From positions 5,102,399 through 5,166,398 of the forward strand of contig MU053934.1 in the NCBI GenBank assembly GCA_013239625.1: 64,000 nt of DNA. Reading direction: 5' to 3'. Positions 38,229 to 51,584 of the stretch are shown in pieces. The notes below the pieces were generated by a model that made no database searches, had not been told where the DNA came from, and worked only from the letters and a program-made list of their open reading frames with translations. Source of the stretch: Lama guanicoe (Eukaryota). The position numbers were made by a program, and so were the translations under genes. The number at the start of each line of letters is the position of its first letter. Positions within the stretch are counted from its first letter, which is position 1.

Positions 38229-39959
38229 TAGTTAAGTGGAAACTTCTTTCATAAAGTGTCTGTACTTCTTAACTACTTGAAGACTTTCATTTCAGTGCTT
38301 TCATTAAAGCACTTTTCTAGTCTCTTAATAAAATTATTTATGATTAATCACTGATTAATTGCTATTGAAAATCTGTGTATTTTTATTTAATGAAAACTTT
38401 TATCAAAGAAAGTTCTCTCTTTTAAGCCACTCCCACAGCCTAGGAGGTCTGGTGCTTCTAGGGAGTTTCTGCAAAGCTCCCAGTTGGTTCGGACTGCTTT
38501 GGACCTGTGCTTCTGGTCTTTTCCAACAGAGTGAACTTGATAGCCTTCATGTTGGTAAGGAAGCCAGAGTAGTCGACCACCAGAACAAAATTCTTTTGAA
38601 GTCTCCTGTTTTAACTGAGAAATACCTATAGAATTTATATTCTATTCCATAAAATAGTATTTAAGAAAAATTTTTTAATGATTTTATTTATATTTAATCC
38701 CAAATCTAAATGAATTTTATTTTCCTATATTATATGAAGGAGGGGGTTTAACTTGATTTTTTTTTCCAAATGGATAACCAGTTGTTCCCATGGCATTTGT
38801 TAAATGATTTATCCTTTCTTCACTGATCTGAAATGCCATCTTTGTTATACCCCAAATTTCAATGTACATATACATAGATTTGTTTCTTGGTTCTATTTGG
38901 GTGTATATTCCAGTGTATGTACCACGCTGTTTTAATAACTGTGGCTTTGAAGCTCTTTTGTTAGGCAATTACCTAATCTTACAGTAATAAAAAATGACAT
39001 TGAAGATTGCATCTGTACACCAGCTGCCAGCCTCATCCCTTGCCACTCACCCATGATACTCCCTCCATATCAGGCTGTATCCAGCCCTCACACTTCCCAA
39101 AGTGATCCTTGCTTGATCAGATGGCCATGCCTTTGTGTAAGTCATTCCCTTTACCTGCCGTCTTCTCCTAATGTGGTGAATTTGTCCTTCAAGATCCAGC
39201 ATAGGTGGGTTCATCTCTTGTTATACATATCACTCAGCTTAAAAAAACGAAAGAAAGACAAAAAAGCCCAGAAGAATCCTTTGAAGTGTCCTGGGTGTAC
39301 GCTGCTCCCTTAAGTCCCTGCATGCTTTTTTGCACATACTATTTCCTCGGATGGTGTTACCTAGCAATTTCCTGTTTGAACTTTCAGGCTCTGCTCAGAG
39401 GTTACCTCTGGAGGTACCTTTTTGCCTTTTCTCATCAGATTTTCATCTTGCCTGAGCATGCTTCTGTTGTAACATTTTTCATAGTGTTGTTTAAGATAGC
39501 ACATATCTCAAAGTACAGGGCTGTTTAGTAGCTTGGCTTTAGAATTAAATAGCCTAAGTTCTAAACCTGACTTTACCAAAACTTTCCAGCTTTATAACCT
39601 GCTGTCAATTATTTGACCTTTATAAGCCTCCGTTTCCCTAGGTGTAATTTGGAGATAATAATAGTTCCTCTTTATAGGATTGTTGTTGGACTAGATGAGA
39701 TAATACCTCTGAAATGCTTACCCCTGTATCCAGAACATAGGTGGCTCTAAATAAATACCACTTATTATTGTATCTGTCTCCACTAGGCTTTGTATAAAAC
39801 TTTCTCGTATTTATCTCTGAAACCCAGTACTTAGCGCAGAACCTGGCAGGGAGTAGACTGATGAATAAATTACCAGCTTTCCTCAGAACTCTCTCCTCCT
39901 TGTTTCACTTTTCTCAGTGGTGCTGTCATGCAAGGCCCTGGGTGAAAAAGAGAAATATT

Positions 39960-41900
39960 GTCTGTATCCATTAGAGCTTACAGTATAATAGAGGCAGTAG
40001 TTAAAAAAAACAAACAAAAATACTGGAATCTGTGAGTTCATTATACTGTTTGCTCTACCTTTGTTTATGTTTATAAAATTTCGAAATAAGTTTTTAGGTA
40101 AATATGTGAATACTTAGTTATTAAATGGTATGTGTGATGAAGAAAATGATTAAAAATGCATCAGAAGCTTTCAGGGAGGACCATCATAGATAAAGTGGTC
40201 TGGGGAGTTCACATTTAAGCTGAGACTGGAGTTTGAAAAGGAGCCAGTGAGAGGAGAGAATGTTCCTGTCCAGGGGTAGCATGTATCATGCCGCAGGAGA
40301 GCAGTGTTAGCATAGTCAGAAATTGAAAGGTCAGTGTGACTGTATTAGAGCAGGGAAGAATGGAGAGAGGTGATGTTAGCCAGCAGATAAGCAGAGTTTT
40401 TTTTTTATATCACTTAGGATCTTGAAGACCAAGAAAAGTTTCAGATTTTATTCCTGTTATAGTGTGATGCTGTGGAAGACTTATGAGCATGGAATAAGCT
40501 AATTTACTGGGTTTTTTTTAAAAAGATGTATATCAGAAAGATCAGAGGGAGACAAGGATGGCAGCAGAGAGCCAAGTTAGGAAGCTGTTGCAGTAGGCCA
40601 GAGATGATAATAGCAAAAGAGATGGAGAAAAAGGAACACATTTGAGAAATATTTTGGAAACGGACTCAGTGGGACTTGATGGTGGATTAGAAGTGGGAGA
40701 GGAGGGAGAGATAGGACTAAAGGTTATGGCTTGAGAGCTGTATATTATATTATTTACTGAAATCTTCTAAAACAGGAATGTTTTGGGAGGAAAGCCAAGA
40801 GTTAAAATTTGATTATATTAAGTTTGAGAAGCTTTGAGGAGTCCAAGTGGAAATGTCAAGTAAGTTATTGAATATGGGAGAACTAGAGTTCCAAGAAAAG
40901 TTCCAGACTACAGATACGAATTTGAAAGTTTTCAATATAAGGGTAATAGTTAAAGCCCTGGGAATGTATCATGTTATTTAAGGAGAGAATAAAGAAAAGG
41001 GGGCTTGGTATTACATTCTGAATGACTTAATATTTAGAGAATAGGTCCGAGGAGGATGAAGATGAGCAGTAAAAGGGGTCAAACACATGGAAGGAAAACC
41101 AGTAAAGTCAGATGCCTAGAACAGTGTCTGGCCAGGGCTAGGGTTTAGTAATCACTGGTTGAATGAAATCAAGAGATTATTTCAAGAAGGAGGGAAAGGT
41201 TAACAGAACTTAGTGCTGCTGAGAGACCCAGTAGGATGAGGGCATAAACTGTTCTTTGGACTGGCAGGATGGATTTCGCTGGTGATGGAGGTAGAAGTCA
41301 TTGGAGTGGATTGAACAGAGCATGAATGGGAGATAAGAAAGTACAGGTAGTGTTTATTTATTTATGTAACCACTTTAACAACGTCTGGCTGTAAAGAGAG
41401 TAGAGAAATGGAGTAGTTCCTGAAGGGGAATATGAGATCGAGGAAAAATTTCTGTTTCTTAAGAGGGAACATGCTAGAGCTTAAATGTGTACGGATGGGA
41501 ATGATCCAGGAAGGAGTAGGTGATGGTTGATGGAGGGAAAAGGGGCTAATCGTAAGATTGTTTAACACCGAGCCAGATGGACTAAAATACTAGATAGTGA
41601 TGTATTCTCCAAATAATTAAAACTGGATGCTGGGACAGAAGGGGGATAGACAGATTCTTCAGACGGAGTGTCCAGGGAAGGCCTCTCTGAGGTGACATTT
41701 ATGGTCAGATCTGAATGATCAGGTGGTAAGTGGAGAGAATAATCCTGGCAGAGGAAACAGCTCATACAAAGGCCCTAAACCGGGTACGAACCTCTCACCT
41801 TTGAGGAACAGAAAAGGAGGCCAGTAAAGCTGGAGCTTATTGAACCAAGAAAGGGTGAAATGGAATGAAGTGAGCTTGGAGTGCAGTAGGAAGTGAAGGA
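39960..41900 (-). mobile_element. Long degenerate L2 region
   Basis: Purine-rich antisense L2 text: acatttaagctgagact, ttaggaagctgttgcagta, ccaagtggaaatgtcaagtaag, cagggaaggcctctctgaggtgacattt. Confidence 0.7.
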
Positions 41901-41937
41901 TTTTTAAAGTCACAGTCAGGAGCTTTTGTGCCATGAC

Positions 41938-42287
41938 TTGGTAGCCAGCTTCCAAGAAGGGCCTGACGTATTCGTGCCTTTGTGTGATCCCCTCTGACAC
42001 TGACTCTCCCACTAGGGCTGACACGTGTAACCCGTGCAATAGTGGAGTTCCGACGGTGTGTTATTTCTGGTGCCAGTTCCTAAGAGGTGTTGCAGCTTCT
42101 GTTTTGCTCTCTTAGACTGCTCATCTGAGGAAAGGCAGCCTGCCATATCATGAGGACATTTAAATAGCCTTCAGAAAGGTTTCCTTGGACAGGAACTGAG
42201 GCCTCCAGCTAACAGCCAGCATGTGAGGGAGCCCTTGCGGAAAAGAGATCCTCCAGCCCAGGACAGACCGTCAGATGACTACAGCCT
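41938..42287 (+). mobile_element. MLT1F-like ERVL-MaLR LTR fragment
   Basis: tggtagccagcttccaaga..., ctgccatatcatgaggaca, aggaactgaggcctccagctaacagccagc, gatcctccagccc...tcagatgactacagcc. Confidence 0.75.
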
Positions 42288-42299
42288 CTCACACGTATC

Positions 42300-43290
42300 T
42301 CATTCGTAAATATTCTGCTGTACATCTCTAAAAGCTAAGGACTTGTTAAAGAACAAACTTAAGCATAGTGTAATAATCATCTCTAAAAATTAATTCCTTA
42401 ATATCACACCAAAAAATCAGTATTCAAATTTCCCCTAATTTTGAAAATTTGATTTGTTTGCTTCAGGATCCAAACAAGGGCAATGTACCATTTGGTTAAT
42501 GTGTTTCCTAATTCTTTTTTTTTTATTTGTAGGGTTCCCTCTCTTTTCCCCCTCAGTTTATCTAAAGAATAAACTTGGTCATCTGTCCTATAGTTTCTCA
42601 CCTTTTAGACTTTGCTAATGGCATCCCCATGGTGTGTTTAACATGTTCCTGTGTCTTGTATTTCATGTAAACAGTAGTCATGTCTAGAAGTTTAATCTAG
42701 TTCAGATTCTTTTCATTTGGCAAGAATACTTTATAGGAGGTGGTGTTTACTTCTATTAAGAGGCATGTAATAGGCAGTAGTCTCATCTTACTATGATGTT
42801 AAGTTTTGGAGATCAGTGCCTCGCTATGTTAATTTATGTTGCAAAATGGTGATATTCTAATTGTCTTTTGTCTTCATTAATTAGCTGGAGAAACTTTCCC
42901 ATATCAACTCTGTGGTTAATCTGAGATACACTTCATTCAAGAAAGGCAGGTTAAATGTTTGATTCTTTCCCTTTACTTGCCAGTTTTCAAAATAGTAAGT
43001 TTGTTCCCTAGCATCATCCAAAGGAGACCAATGAGTACTTTTCTAAAAATACTATTATGAACTCATGGATTTTTACCACGTTTGATATATGTGAACCCAT
43101 TGCAGTGATTATTTTTATCAATGCTTTAGATTGTCCTATTCTTAACTTGTGAAAGGAGCGTCTTCAAGTTGACTTCTGAAGACTGTTTAGTGCATCCTTG
43201 CTTTTTGGTATGACAAGATGTCTAGCTCTTATCTTGTGTATTTTCTGTCCTGGTTCTCATCTTTGAGGAGCTCAGGTTCTTTTCAGTGGT
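42300..43290 (-). mobile_element. L1MC-type 3' fragment
   Basis: caggatccaaacaagg, tttggcaagaatacttt, gttgcaaaatggtgatattcta, tctttgaggagctcaggttctttcagtgg-like text. Confidence 0.65.
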
Positions 43291-43366
43291 AAAGGCTGTA
43301 TGTGAATTTTGGGTGCTTGATCATGTATAGCATGCTTTTTAATAGATGCTAATCAGAATGTATGTA

Positions 43367-43495
43367 TTTTCTTTTCGGCGAAGGAAGTTAATTAAGTTTA
43401 TTTGTTTATTTATTTTTAGAGGAGGTACTGGGGATTGAACCCAGGACCTTGTGCATGCTAAGCATGTGCTCTACTGCTTGAGCTATACCCTCCCC
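43367..43495 (-). mobile_element. Camelid-type tRNA-Ala SINE, short form
   Basis: gaggaggtactggggattgaacccaggaccttgtgcatgctaagcatgtgctctactgcttgagctataccctcccc; flanking repeat CAGAATGTAT at 43354 and 43501. Confidence 0.9.
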
Positions 43496-44334
43496 ACTAC
43501 CAGAATGTATACAGATTTCAAAAAAGGTCATCTTTCACTTTGAGTTCAAATGGACAGAAATCGTCTTTTTCTTAATCTAAGAAATATGGAATGTTTTTGT
43601 TTGTTTGCAGGGAAACAGGAAAATGAAAACTTTAGATAGAAAAAAATAAATGAAATTTTAACTTATTTTTTAAATTGTGTATCCTCTGTCTGCCATACTT
43701 TACTCATTATGTCCAGTGAAGAGAAATGCTAATAAGCTTTTCATATTTCTGGCTACATAAAACAAGGTAGTGTTTAAAGATTATAGCATTTGGTTTATAT
43801 GTTTCTGAAGTCTCTTTTTATCTCCAGATTTCCCCTCCCTGTAGGTTTCTCTTCCACAGACACATGTCTTCTTGGCATTTTTAGAAGGGTATAGTATTTT
43901 ATTTTGACATTTTTTGCTTTAACATAATACTCTTGGCTTATGCTACATCACTAGTGAAAAAAACCTTAGTTTTTGTGACAGGCATAAGGAAGCCTTGCTT
44001 CTGGATACTTTGATCACTAAAACTTACTTTATTATATATAGAGAGGGAAATATATTCTACAATTTGAATGATTATAATATTAAATTACAAATCAAGTTAG
44101 AGGAGAATGAAATATTGCACCCCTTATGAGAAGACTCTGGAATACAATTTTTCCCCTATATTTAACAATTTGATCCTTCCTTCTTTCCAAGTATTCCCAG
44201 AATCTAGTTCATCAACTTTATATATGATGTATTAAGCTTTTCACTCACTCATTCATTCATTCAACAAATACTTACTGAGCACCTACTCTACATTAGGCAG
44301 TATACTAGGAACTGGGGATAAAGAAATAAGCAAA

Positions 44335-44386
44335 ATCACTTCTTGGCCTTTTGGCCAACATCAAGTGTAGTATCTTTTCTTACCAG
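44335..44386 (+). pseudogene. 3'-truncated U2 snRNA retropseudogene (U2 nt 1-52) inserted in an L2 element
   Basis: 46/52 identity by eye to the U2 5' end ATCGCTTCTCGGCCTTTTGGCTAAGATCAAGTGTAGTATCTGTTCTTATCAG; 13-bp TSD AGAAATAAGCAAA at 44322-44334 and 44385-44397. Confidence 0.93.
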
Positions 44387-45884
44387 AAATAAGCAAAGCA
44401 TTCGCTGACCATCACATAACTGTTTATCTGGTGAGAGAAAGCCAATCCAATGGTCACATTACTATCTGTGTAACATCAAACCCTGATAAATACCTTTTAG
44501 GAAAACAGAGAGCTGTAACAGTGATTAACTAGGGAATCTGACTTACTCTGGGAGATTAGGGAAGGCCTCTCTGAGAAAGCAACATTTAAGCAAAGATTGG
44601 AAGGAAAGGTAGGAGTTTGCCAGATGATCATTTGGAGTAAGAGCCTTCAGGTAAAGGGACTAATGAGTGACGGTATTGAGGGAAGAAGGAGCTTGCACCT
44701 TTGGAGGAACTGAGGAAAGCTGGTTTGCTGGAGATAGGAAGGCAGGGTGGTGGGAGAGAAGCTGGAGATGTAGGCAGGGCTGGGTCTTGCAGAGCACTGT
44801 TGGCCTCAGTCTCCCTTAAACATCCAGAAGTCCAGCCAATTAACTGTTGGTGACCCAGACTCTGAGGACCAGGCTTCTGCATAACACTTCCTGAGACTCG
44901 CTGGTCCTTCTCCTGGGAGAATGCTGGGAACTTCTGAGTTCAGCTTCTCACCCCCCAACTTCTTGAGGGTCCTTTCTTAATAAGGGAATAGTTAAAAAAT
45001 TTTTTCTGCCTTCTTTGTACCTAAGAGCAAAAAAGATTTTTATTATAAACAGAATTATTTGGGGCTGATCTTAAGAAACCTTCACTCCAAAGATGTACTC
45101 ATATACAATTGTACCTTTAAAAGATTTTCACATCTCATCTGATCCTCACAGCAAATGTATAAAGTAGGTATTTATTATTTCTTCATAATATAGAAAAGGG
45201 TACTGAAGCTCTGAAAAATCAGATAGTTCCCCAAGGTCAAGTAGTGAAATAATAACGGGACAGTTATGTCTTCTAACTATAAAACCAGTGGTCTTTGTAA
45301 TTTGTTCTTCCATTCCCATTGAATGTGAGAGTTTCTAATGTATTTTTATGTGAATATTTGCATTTTATATTTTTAAATCAAAGAATAAATCATAAAGCTT
45401 AAAAATGATTAGCTATGAGAGGAAGAAAGGAAAATAGGGTAGAGGGGACAGGAATAGGAACTGGACTGCTTTGAGTATTGCTTTCTTTTGTAGATTTGAC
45501 TTTATACAATTATTTAAATGATTATAAGGCAAAGTTAATTTTCTTTTAAAAAGCCATCCTTAAAAATTGAAAATAACAAGAAACAAATAACCTAAAATTT
45601 AAAACTCAGTAATTTGAACTTTACATCCTTGGTATAACACCCTGAGGACATAAAAAGAACTGCAAAAAACAAAAGCAACAACAAAACCCTTCAACTGTAC
45701 CCCCATATTATTGATGATAGTATCTGTATTATTACTCTGAGGTCGTTGTTGTGTGTGTGTTGTCAGACAAGCAAATGAGTACTTATGTGATATTTTATCA
45801 TCTCCAGTGTTGTTGAGACTCCGATTCTAGGAGATACAGATATAAAATAAAAGAAGTTAATTAAAACCCTTTTAACTTGATTTT

Positions 45885-47188
45885 TTTAAATAGGTTTAAA
45901 AATTTTTTTCCTTCCAGTTTTATTGAGATACAATTGACATATAGCACTGTGTATTTTTTTGGGAGGGAGGGGGAGGTAATTAGTTGGTATTCATTTATTT
46001 ATTTATTTTAATGGAGGGACTGGGGATTGAACCCAGGGTCTCATGCTTGCTAGACATGTGCTCTACCACTGAGCTACACCCTCCCGCACTTAGGCTTATT
46101 TTTTTTAGAATAGTTTTAAGTTCACAGTAACGTTGAATGGAAAGTACAGAGTTCCTTCCCCACTGCCCACAGCTGCCCCTGCTATCGGCATCCTGCGCCA
46201 GAGTGGTACAGTTGTTACAGCTGATGAGCCAACGTTGACACATTGTTGTCACCAAAGTGCAGAGTTTACATTAGGGTTCACTCTTGGTGTTGGACATTCT
46301 GTGGGTTTTGACAAATGCTTAATAACATGTATCCACCATTACAGTATCATACAGAATAGTTTCACCACTCTGAAACTCCTCTGCAGTCTCGCTATTTGTC
46401 CCTCCCTCCAACCGAGAGCCACTGGCAACCTCTGATCTTATTACTACCTCCATAGTTTTGTCTTTTCCAGAATGTTGTATAGTTGGAATCGTACAGTATG
46501 TAGCCCTTTTAGATTGGCTTCTCTCACTTAGTAATATGCATTTAAGTTTCCTCCATGGCTTTCATGGCTCATTTCTTTTTAGCACTGAATAATCCATTTT
46601 CTGAATGTACCAGTTTATTTATCCATCCACTTACTGAAGGACATCTTGCTTGCTTCCAAGTGTTGGCAATTATGTAGAGCTGCTATAAACATCAGCGTGC
46701 AGGTTTTTGTGTGGATGTAGGTTTTTAGTTCCTTTGGATAAATATCAAGGAGTGTGATTGCTGGATCGTAAAACTATGTTTAGTTTTGTAAGAAACCACA
46801 AGCCGTCTTCCTAAGTGGCTGTACTGTATTGCATTCCACCAGCTGTGGATGAGCATTCCTATTGCTCCACATCCTTGTCAGCTTTTGGTGTTACCGCTTT
46901 AATTTTTGGCCGTTCCAATAGATGTGTAGTGGTATCTCATTGTTTAATTCACGACTCCCTAATGACATGTAATGTTGAGCATCTTTTCATATGCTTGTTT
47001 GCCATCTGTGTGTCTTCTCTGATGATGTGTCTTGTTCAGGTCTTTTGCCCATTTTTTAATTGGGTTGTTCATTTTCTTATTGTTGCATTTTAAGAGTTCT
47101 TTGTATATTTTGGATGATAGTCCTTCATCAGATATGTCTTTTGCAAATACATTCTCCCATTCTGTGGCTTGTCTACTCATTCTCTTGA
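45885..47188 (-). mobile_element. L1MC1-like 3' fragment with TSD
   Basis: agtttacattagggttcactcttggtgttggacattctgtgggttttgacaaatg; ORF 46959-47180 is an ORF2 C-terminal remnant; 13-bp TSD TTAACTTGATTTT at 45872-45884 and 47189-47201. Confidence 0.85.
45903..46085 (-). mobile_element. Camelid-type tRNA-Ala SINE, long form, inserted in the L1 tail
   Basis: tRNA-like head plus the same ttccttccagttttattgagat...attgacata extension as the copy at 37578. Confidence 0.88.
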
Positions 47189-48094
47189 TTAACTTGATTT
47201 TGAATTGGAAGTTTTCATATGAACTTGTGGTGAATTTTATCTTAAAAAAAAAAGCCGAAACAAAAAAACTACCTGCTAACTTATTCCATTGAAAAGACCT
47301 AGAAACAATGATTAACCCAGTAGCAGTATGTAACCCTAGTGCCCAAATTATGGTCTCGAAATACCAATTCTCACAAAAGGAAGCACAATTCCTTGGATAG
47401 CTGATCCAGGCCTGCAGCAGGAATTATACAAGATAAACCTAAATGTAGAATTTTTTGTTATACCATATTGCAAGTAAGTCATCAAAGACTATGACAAGGT
47501 CATATCAAAAGGGCCCAAGAGCATTCATGAAGAGACTCCCTTTGACCAGTGATGAGACAGTTTGAATACCAATAAAAACATTAACTGAAAAACTTAAGAG
47601 TTCATAATGTTACTGTATAAAAGCTTGTTGGTTACCATTTATTGGTGCTACATTAAGCATGTATTTTCCTTTTCCTGTACAAATTGATCTGATTTCTAGA
47701 TCTAAGTACCAATTTATAAGAATTAGAGAGGACAGAGCAACATGTTAAATATCACCATGAGGGTCCAGTAAAAAAATCCAGACTATGGGAAACCCTACAG
47801 GACAAATAACCTGGTTTCTTTGACAAATAAGTTGCAAAGGGAAAAAAGCACATTAAAGCAAACAAACTAACAAAACCTTGAATGACATTTATAAAACAGT
47901 TGGAAATTTGAGTACTGGTTACTTGCTAGTATTGGAATTATTAATATTTTAAGTATAATAGTGGTATTGTGATTTTTAAGTCTTTGTTTATTAGAGATAA
48001 ATACCAATGTGTTTATCCATAAAATAGATTTGCTTTAAGACTAATGCAGAGGCAGGGAGACAGATATGGGTTGGATACAAATGAAACAGTGTTT

Positions 48095-48232
48095 GGGGAA
48101 GGTTATACCTTAAGGGGTAGAGCACATGCTTAGCATGCAGGAGGTCCCCAGTACCTCCATTAAAAAAATTAAATAAATAAACCTAATTCCCTTTCCCCCC
48201 AAAAAAACCCCCAAAAAAACAAAACAAAAAAA
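48095..48232 (+). mobile_element. Camelid-type tRNA-Ala SINE with B box deleted
   Basis: ggtagagcacatgcttagcatgcaggaggtccccagtacctcca lacks the TGGGTTCAATCC segment; 11-bp TSD GAAACAGTGTT at 48083 and 48233. Confidence 0.85.
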
Positions 48233-48399
48233 GAAACAGTGTTGGCCAGGAGCTGATGATCTCATGAAGGTTCATCATATTTTTCTGCCTACTTCTGTGT
48301 TTAAATTTTTCCATAGTAATTAAAGAAAAATCTCCCCTAAGAATTCGTAACCGTGAACTGGCCCATGGATGATCTTGAATTCATACTATCTGTGTAGCA

Positions 48400-49420
48400 T
48401 GAAAAACTCAGGCTAATTTACTTTAAATTATTCTCTGGTTACTAGTGCCTCCAGGAACCTGACAGAGCAACACAAATATTCTCAGAAGAAAAAATACTCA
48501 GGACTCAAAACAGCTCCACAAATAAAATTCCACAGAAAAGAAGCCTGTAATGAAAAATCACAAAACACCTAGGAAACAAGCCACAGTGTGTGAGTCAGCA
48601 GGAACAACAAAAATCATCTGATTTGAAGACTGTTTAATATTGTAATGATTGGAAACTGAACATAAAGCCAAAATATTTAATATCGTTAAAGAAATAAAAG
48701 CACAGATTAAGTGTAACTAGGCAACTGAGACCATTATAAATAACCAGGTTGAAAGACTGCGTTTGGTTGAACGTCCCCATGGAGGCTGGGTTTTTCAATT
48801 GCTGTGCATCATTGTAGAGCTATCTAAATGGCTGTTTTAAGAAATGTTGATAACCATATATATATGAAAAAATAACCACATCAAAAATGAAGAACATGAT
48901 TATTGAATTTAGTAGTTAATTGATGAGTTAAATAGCAGATTAGACACATGAAGAGAGAATTAATGAACTAGAAGATAGAGCTAAAGAAATTGCCCACGGG
49001 AAACCCAGAGAGACAGAGAGAAAACATAAAAGAAAGATTAAGGCATGTGAAAGATAGAATGAAGTCTAACGTGACGTCTAATCAGAGTTCTAGAAAGAGA
49101 TAATAGAAAAATTGGGGGAAAGGCAGTATTTGAATTGATGATGACTGAGATATTCCTAAATTGATGAAAGACTTGAATCCTCTGAATTAGGAATTTCAAG
49201 CAGGATAAAGAAAGAGAAATATCCCCTAGATACACTGGCAAATAGAAGATCTTAATAGTGGCCAGGAAGAGAAAGCAGTCTATTCTGACTGCAGCCTGAT
49301 AGCTGACTTCTCATTAGCCACAGAGGAAGCCATGAGACAGAATGCTGTTGTCAGAGTGCTGAGAGAAAAATAATTATTTTTTAAGACTGATGACAAAATC
49401 AAAACATTTTCAAATAAATA
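48400..49420 (+). mobile_element. Ancient L1/HAL1 ORF1-region remnant
   Basis: ttaaatagcagattagacaca...gaagagagaattaatgaactagaagataga...agctgacttctcattagc resembles L1 ORF1. Confidence 0.65.
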
Positions 49421-50289
49421 CCATTTTATAATGAATAGAGGAAAATAGAAGAGTGTTTTTCAGCTTTCAGTTAAACAGTAATTCAGAGCTTAAGCTTTGC
49501 AGTCGGTTTGAGTTCTATTTCCATCGACTGTGTTATTTAACCTCTCTGCTTTAGTTTCCTTCTCTATGAAATGGCATGACAGTAATACACTCTGTGGGGT
49601 GTTTTAATAAGTAAATGAGTTATTACATGTAAAGCATTGTGACTGGCCCGTAATACGCATTCAGTAAATGCTAGGGGTTACATTACTATATTTTGTTTAA
49701 TTTAAGATGCCATCAGTTTTAAGACTTGCCATTATTTTATGCTCCACTAAGAAAGAAGGAATGCTGCCAATTAATTGTAAGATATAAGATGGTATTAACT
49801 GTAAAACCTGTCTGGATTTCAGAGATGTTAACATGTAAAGAAAAAAAATATGCATCTCAGAATTGCTGTAAGGAATATAGCTTTCCACACTCCACTCCCA
49901 CAATGACTAGCTAGTTACTCCAAAATCATTTATTGAATGATTCATCCTTTCTTCACTGGTTTGAAGGGTCTTTTTTTTAAATCACAATTTCCCTTATATG
50001 GTGCATTTCTTTTATCCGTGACTGCTTAGAGCTCCAGCCATGGAATCAACAAGATTAATATATTGCATGAGGACTAGTGAGAAGGGAGATTGAACTTAAG
50101 CAGGGTAGAGGGTTGTGATATCAGAAGTGAATAACACTTGGAAGAGCATGTTTGGAGAAGAGTTATTTTTGGATAGGTTGGGTTGGTGATTGGAGGGACA
50201 TTGTGGTAGAAATTCTTAGCAGGTTCCCAAATTTTCTCCTCATTCCTCATTTTCTCACCCATTTCTTCCTCTCTGCTTCTTTCCAAACC

Positions 50290-50469
50290 ACTAATTCTAA
50301 AACTTTAGCCGACATCAGAATCACCTGTAGGACTCCTTAAAAATACAGATCGCTGGCCCTGCCCTCAGAGTTTCTGATTCAGTAGGTCTGGATAAAGCCT
50401 GAGAATTTACATTTCTGTCAAGTTCCCTGGTGATGCTGCTGGTCTGGGACCACACTTTGAGAATCACTG
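50290..50469. mobile_element. MER5A hAT-Charlie MITE
   Basis: catcagaatcacctg...agagtttctgattcagtaggtctgg...gaccacactttgagaatcactg. Confidence 0.85.
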
Positions 50470-51584
50470 CTTGAAACCAAGTCCTCTTTATTTCCATCTA
50501 GACTATTCTAACGGCCTCTAGTTTGACTTATTTTCTCAGCTTTCCTGTCCTTTAAGGACTCCTGACCAAATTAGGATTATAGTGGTGAGTAGAAATGGAG
50601 AGAGGAAAAAACCTGAAAGACATTTCAGAAGATTGATGGTCTTTGGAGTAGATGTGAGAGACAAAGGAACAGGAAGCAACAGAGGCACTTTCTCAATATT
50701 GCCACCAGATCTACTCTTTTGAAAACACTTCTTTCATCTTGTTATTTCCCTATTCAAGAATCTCCAGTGTGATAAATCTAAAATGAGATTTATTTGAATA
50801 AAATACAACTGACAGTTGACACCCAATCAGTGTAGTTTCTCCTATTTTGTCTAAATCAGCTCTCATTATGACAAATGACTTTGCAAGTAGATCTCTGCAT
50901 TACCAAATACTTTCACGCCTGTGCCAGTGACCTACTTTAAGCAATATCTAGTTTAATAATTCCAGTTCAGCAAACTAATTTGGATAGCATTTTAGGACTT
51001 GTAGAATTTAGTCGGAAGTACATTTGTATAAGGAACTGTCAATTTCTGAGGGTTAGTTTGTACCCTATTTAGAAATTATGCTTATTGTATGTATATCATT
51101 ATTCTTTTATCTCATTATTACTGTATTTTCTGTGTTTACCTTTTTCTTATGCTTGCTATTTGATCATTAAAAGAGGGGGGAATTATGTCAAATATTTATG
51201 TTTGCAATTATAAATGCAGATGAGGCCAGAGTGTGTGTTTGTACAGGTGGGATGAAATAAACAAATGACAGTGAAAGCCTGTTTATCAGGATCATTGTTT
51301 GTTGCTTTTGGATTGGAAAATAAATATAGAGGTGGTGCTTTGGGTTTTTGTTTGTTTGTTTTTGATTTGAATATAGTCAGTGTTTAATGTAAGATAACAG
51401 CAGATTGGCAGAGTTGGTACAAAGCTAAGTATGGAGCACATGACATATTTTAATTTATTTTATTTTTAAAAGCTGATTTTTCTTGTTATGCTTTATTATT
51501 ATTTTATTTGCTCCCATGTGTGGGTAAGACTTTAAAGATACGGGAATTATAGCTAGCTGTAAATGAATGCCAAATATTTATGTT

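Larger units (their letters stand above)
45340..48330 (+). mobile_element. Old L1MC-type 3' region hosting nested L1 and SINE insertions
   Basis: A-rich L1MC text resumes across the nested elements (aaaagacctagaaacaatga...gcccaaattatggtctcgaaatacca; aaatccagactatgggaaaccctacaggacaaataacctggtttctt). Confidence 0.6.

Noticed and set aside
43420..43495. tRNA-Ala gene (and similar copies at 19.8, 37.7, 46.0, 48.1 and 60.4 kb)
   Set aside because: Shared A-rich tails, TSDs and stem-breaking substitutions identify them as SINEs.
43611..43766. Possible exon (tttgtttgCAG| ... AAG|GTAGTG)
   Set aside because: Weak donor and an AT-rich, intron-like interior; no further support.
44335..44386. Functional U2 snRNA gene
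   Set aside because: Only 52 nt, lacks the Sm site and 3' stem-loops, and is flanked by a TSD.
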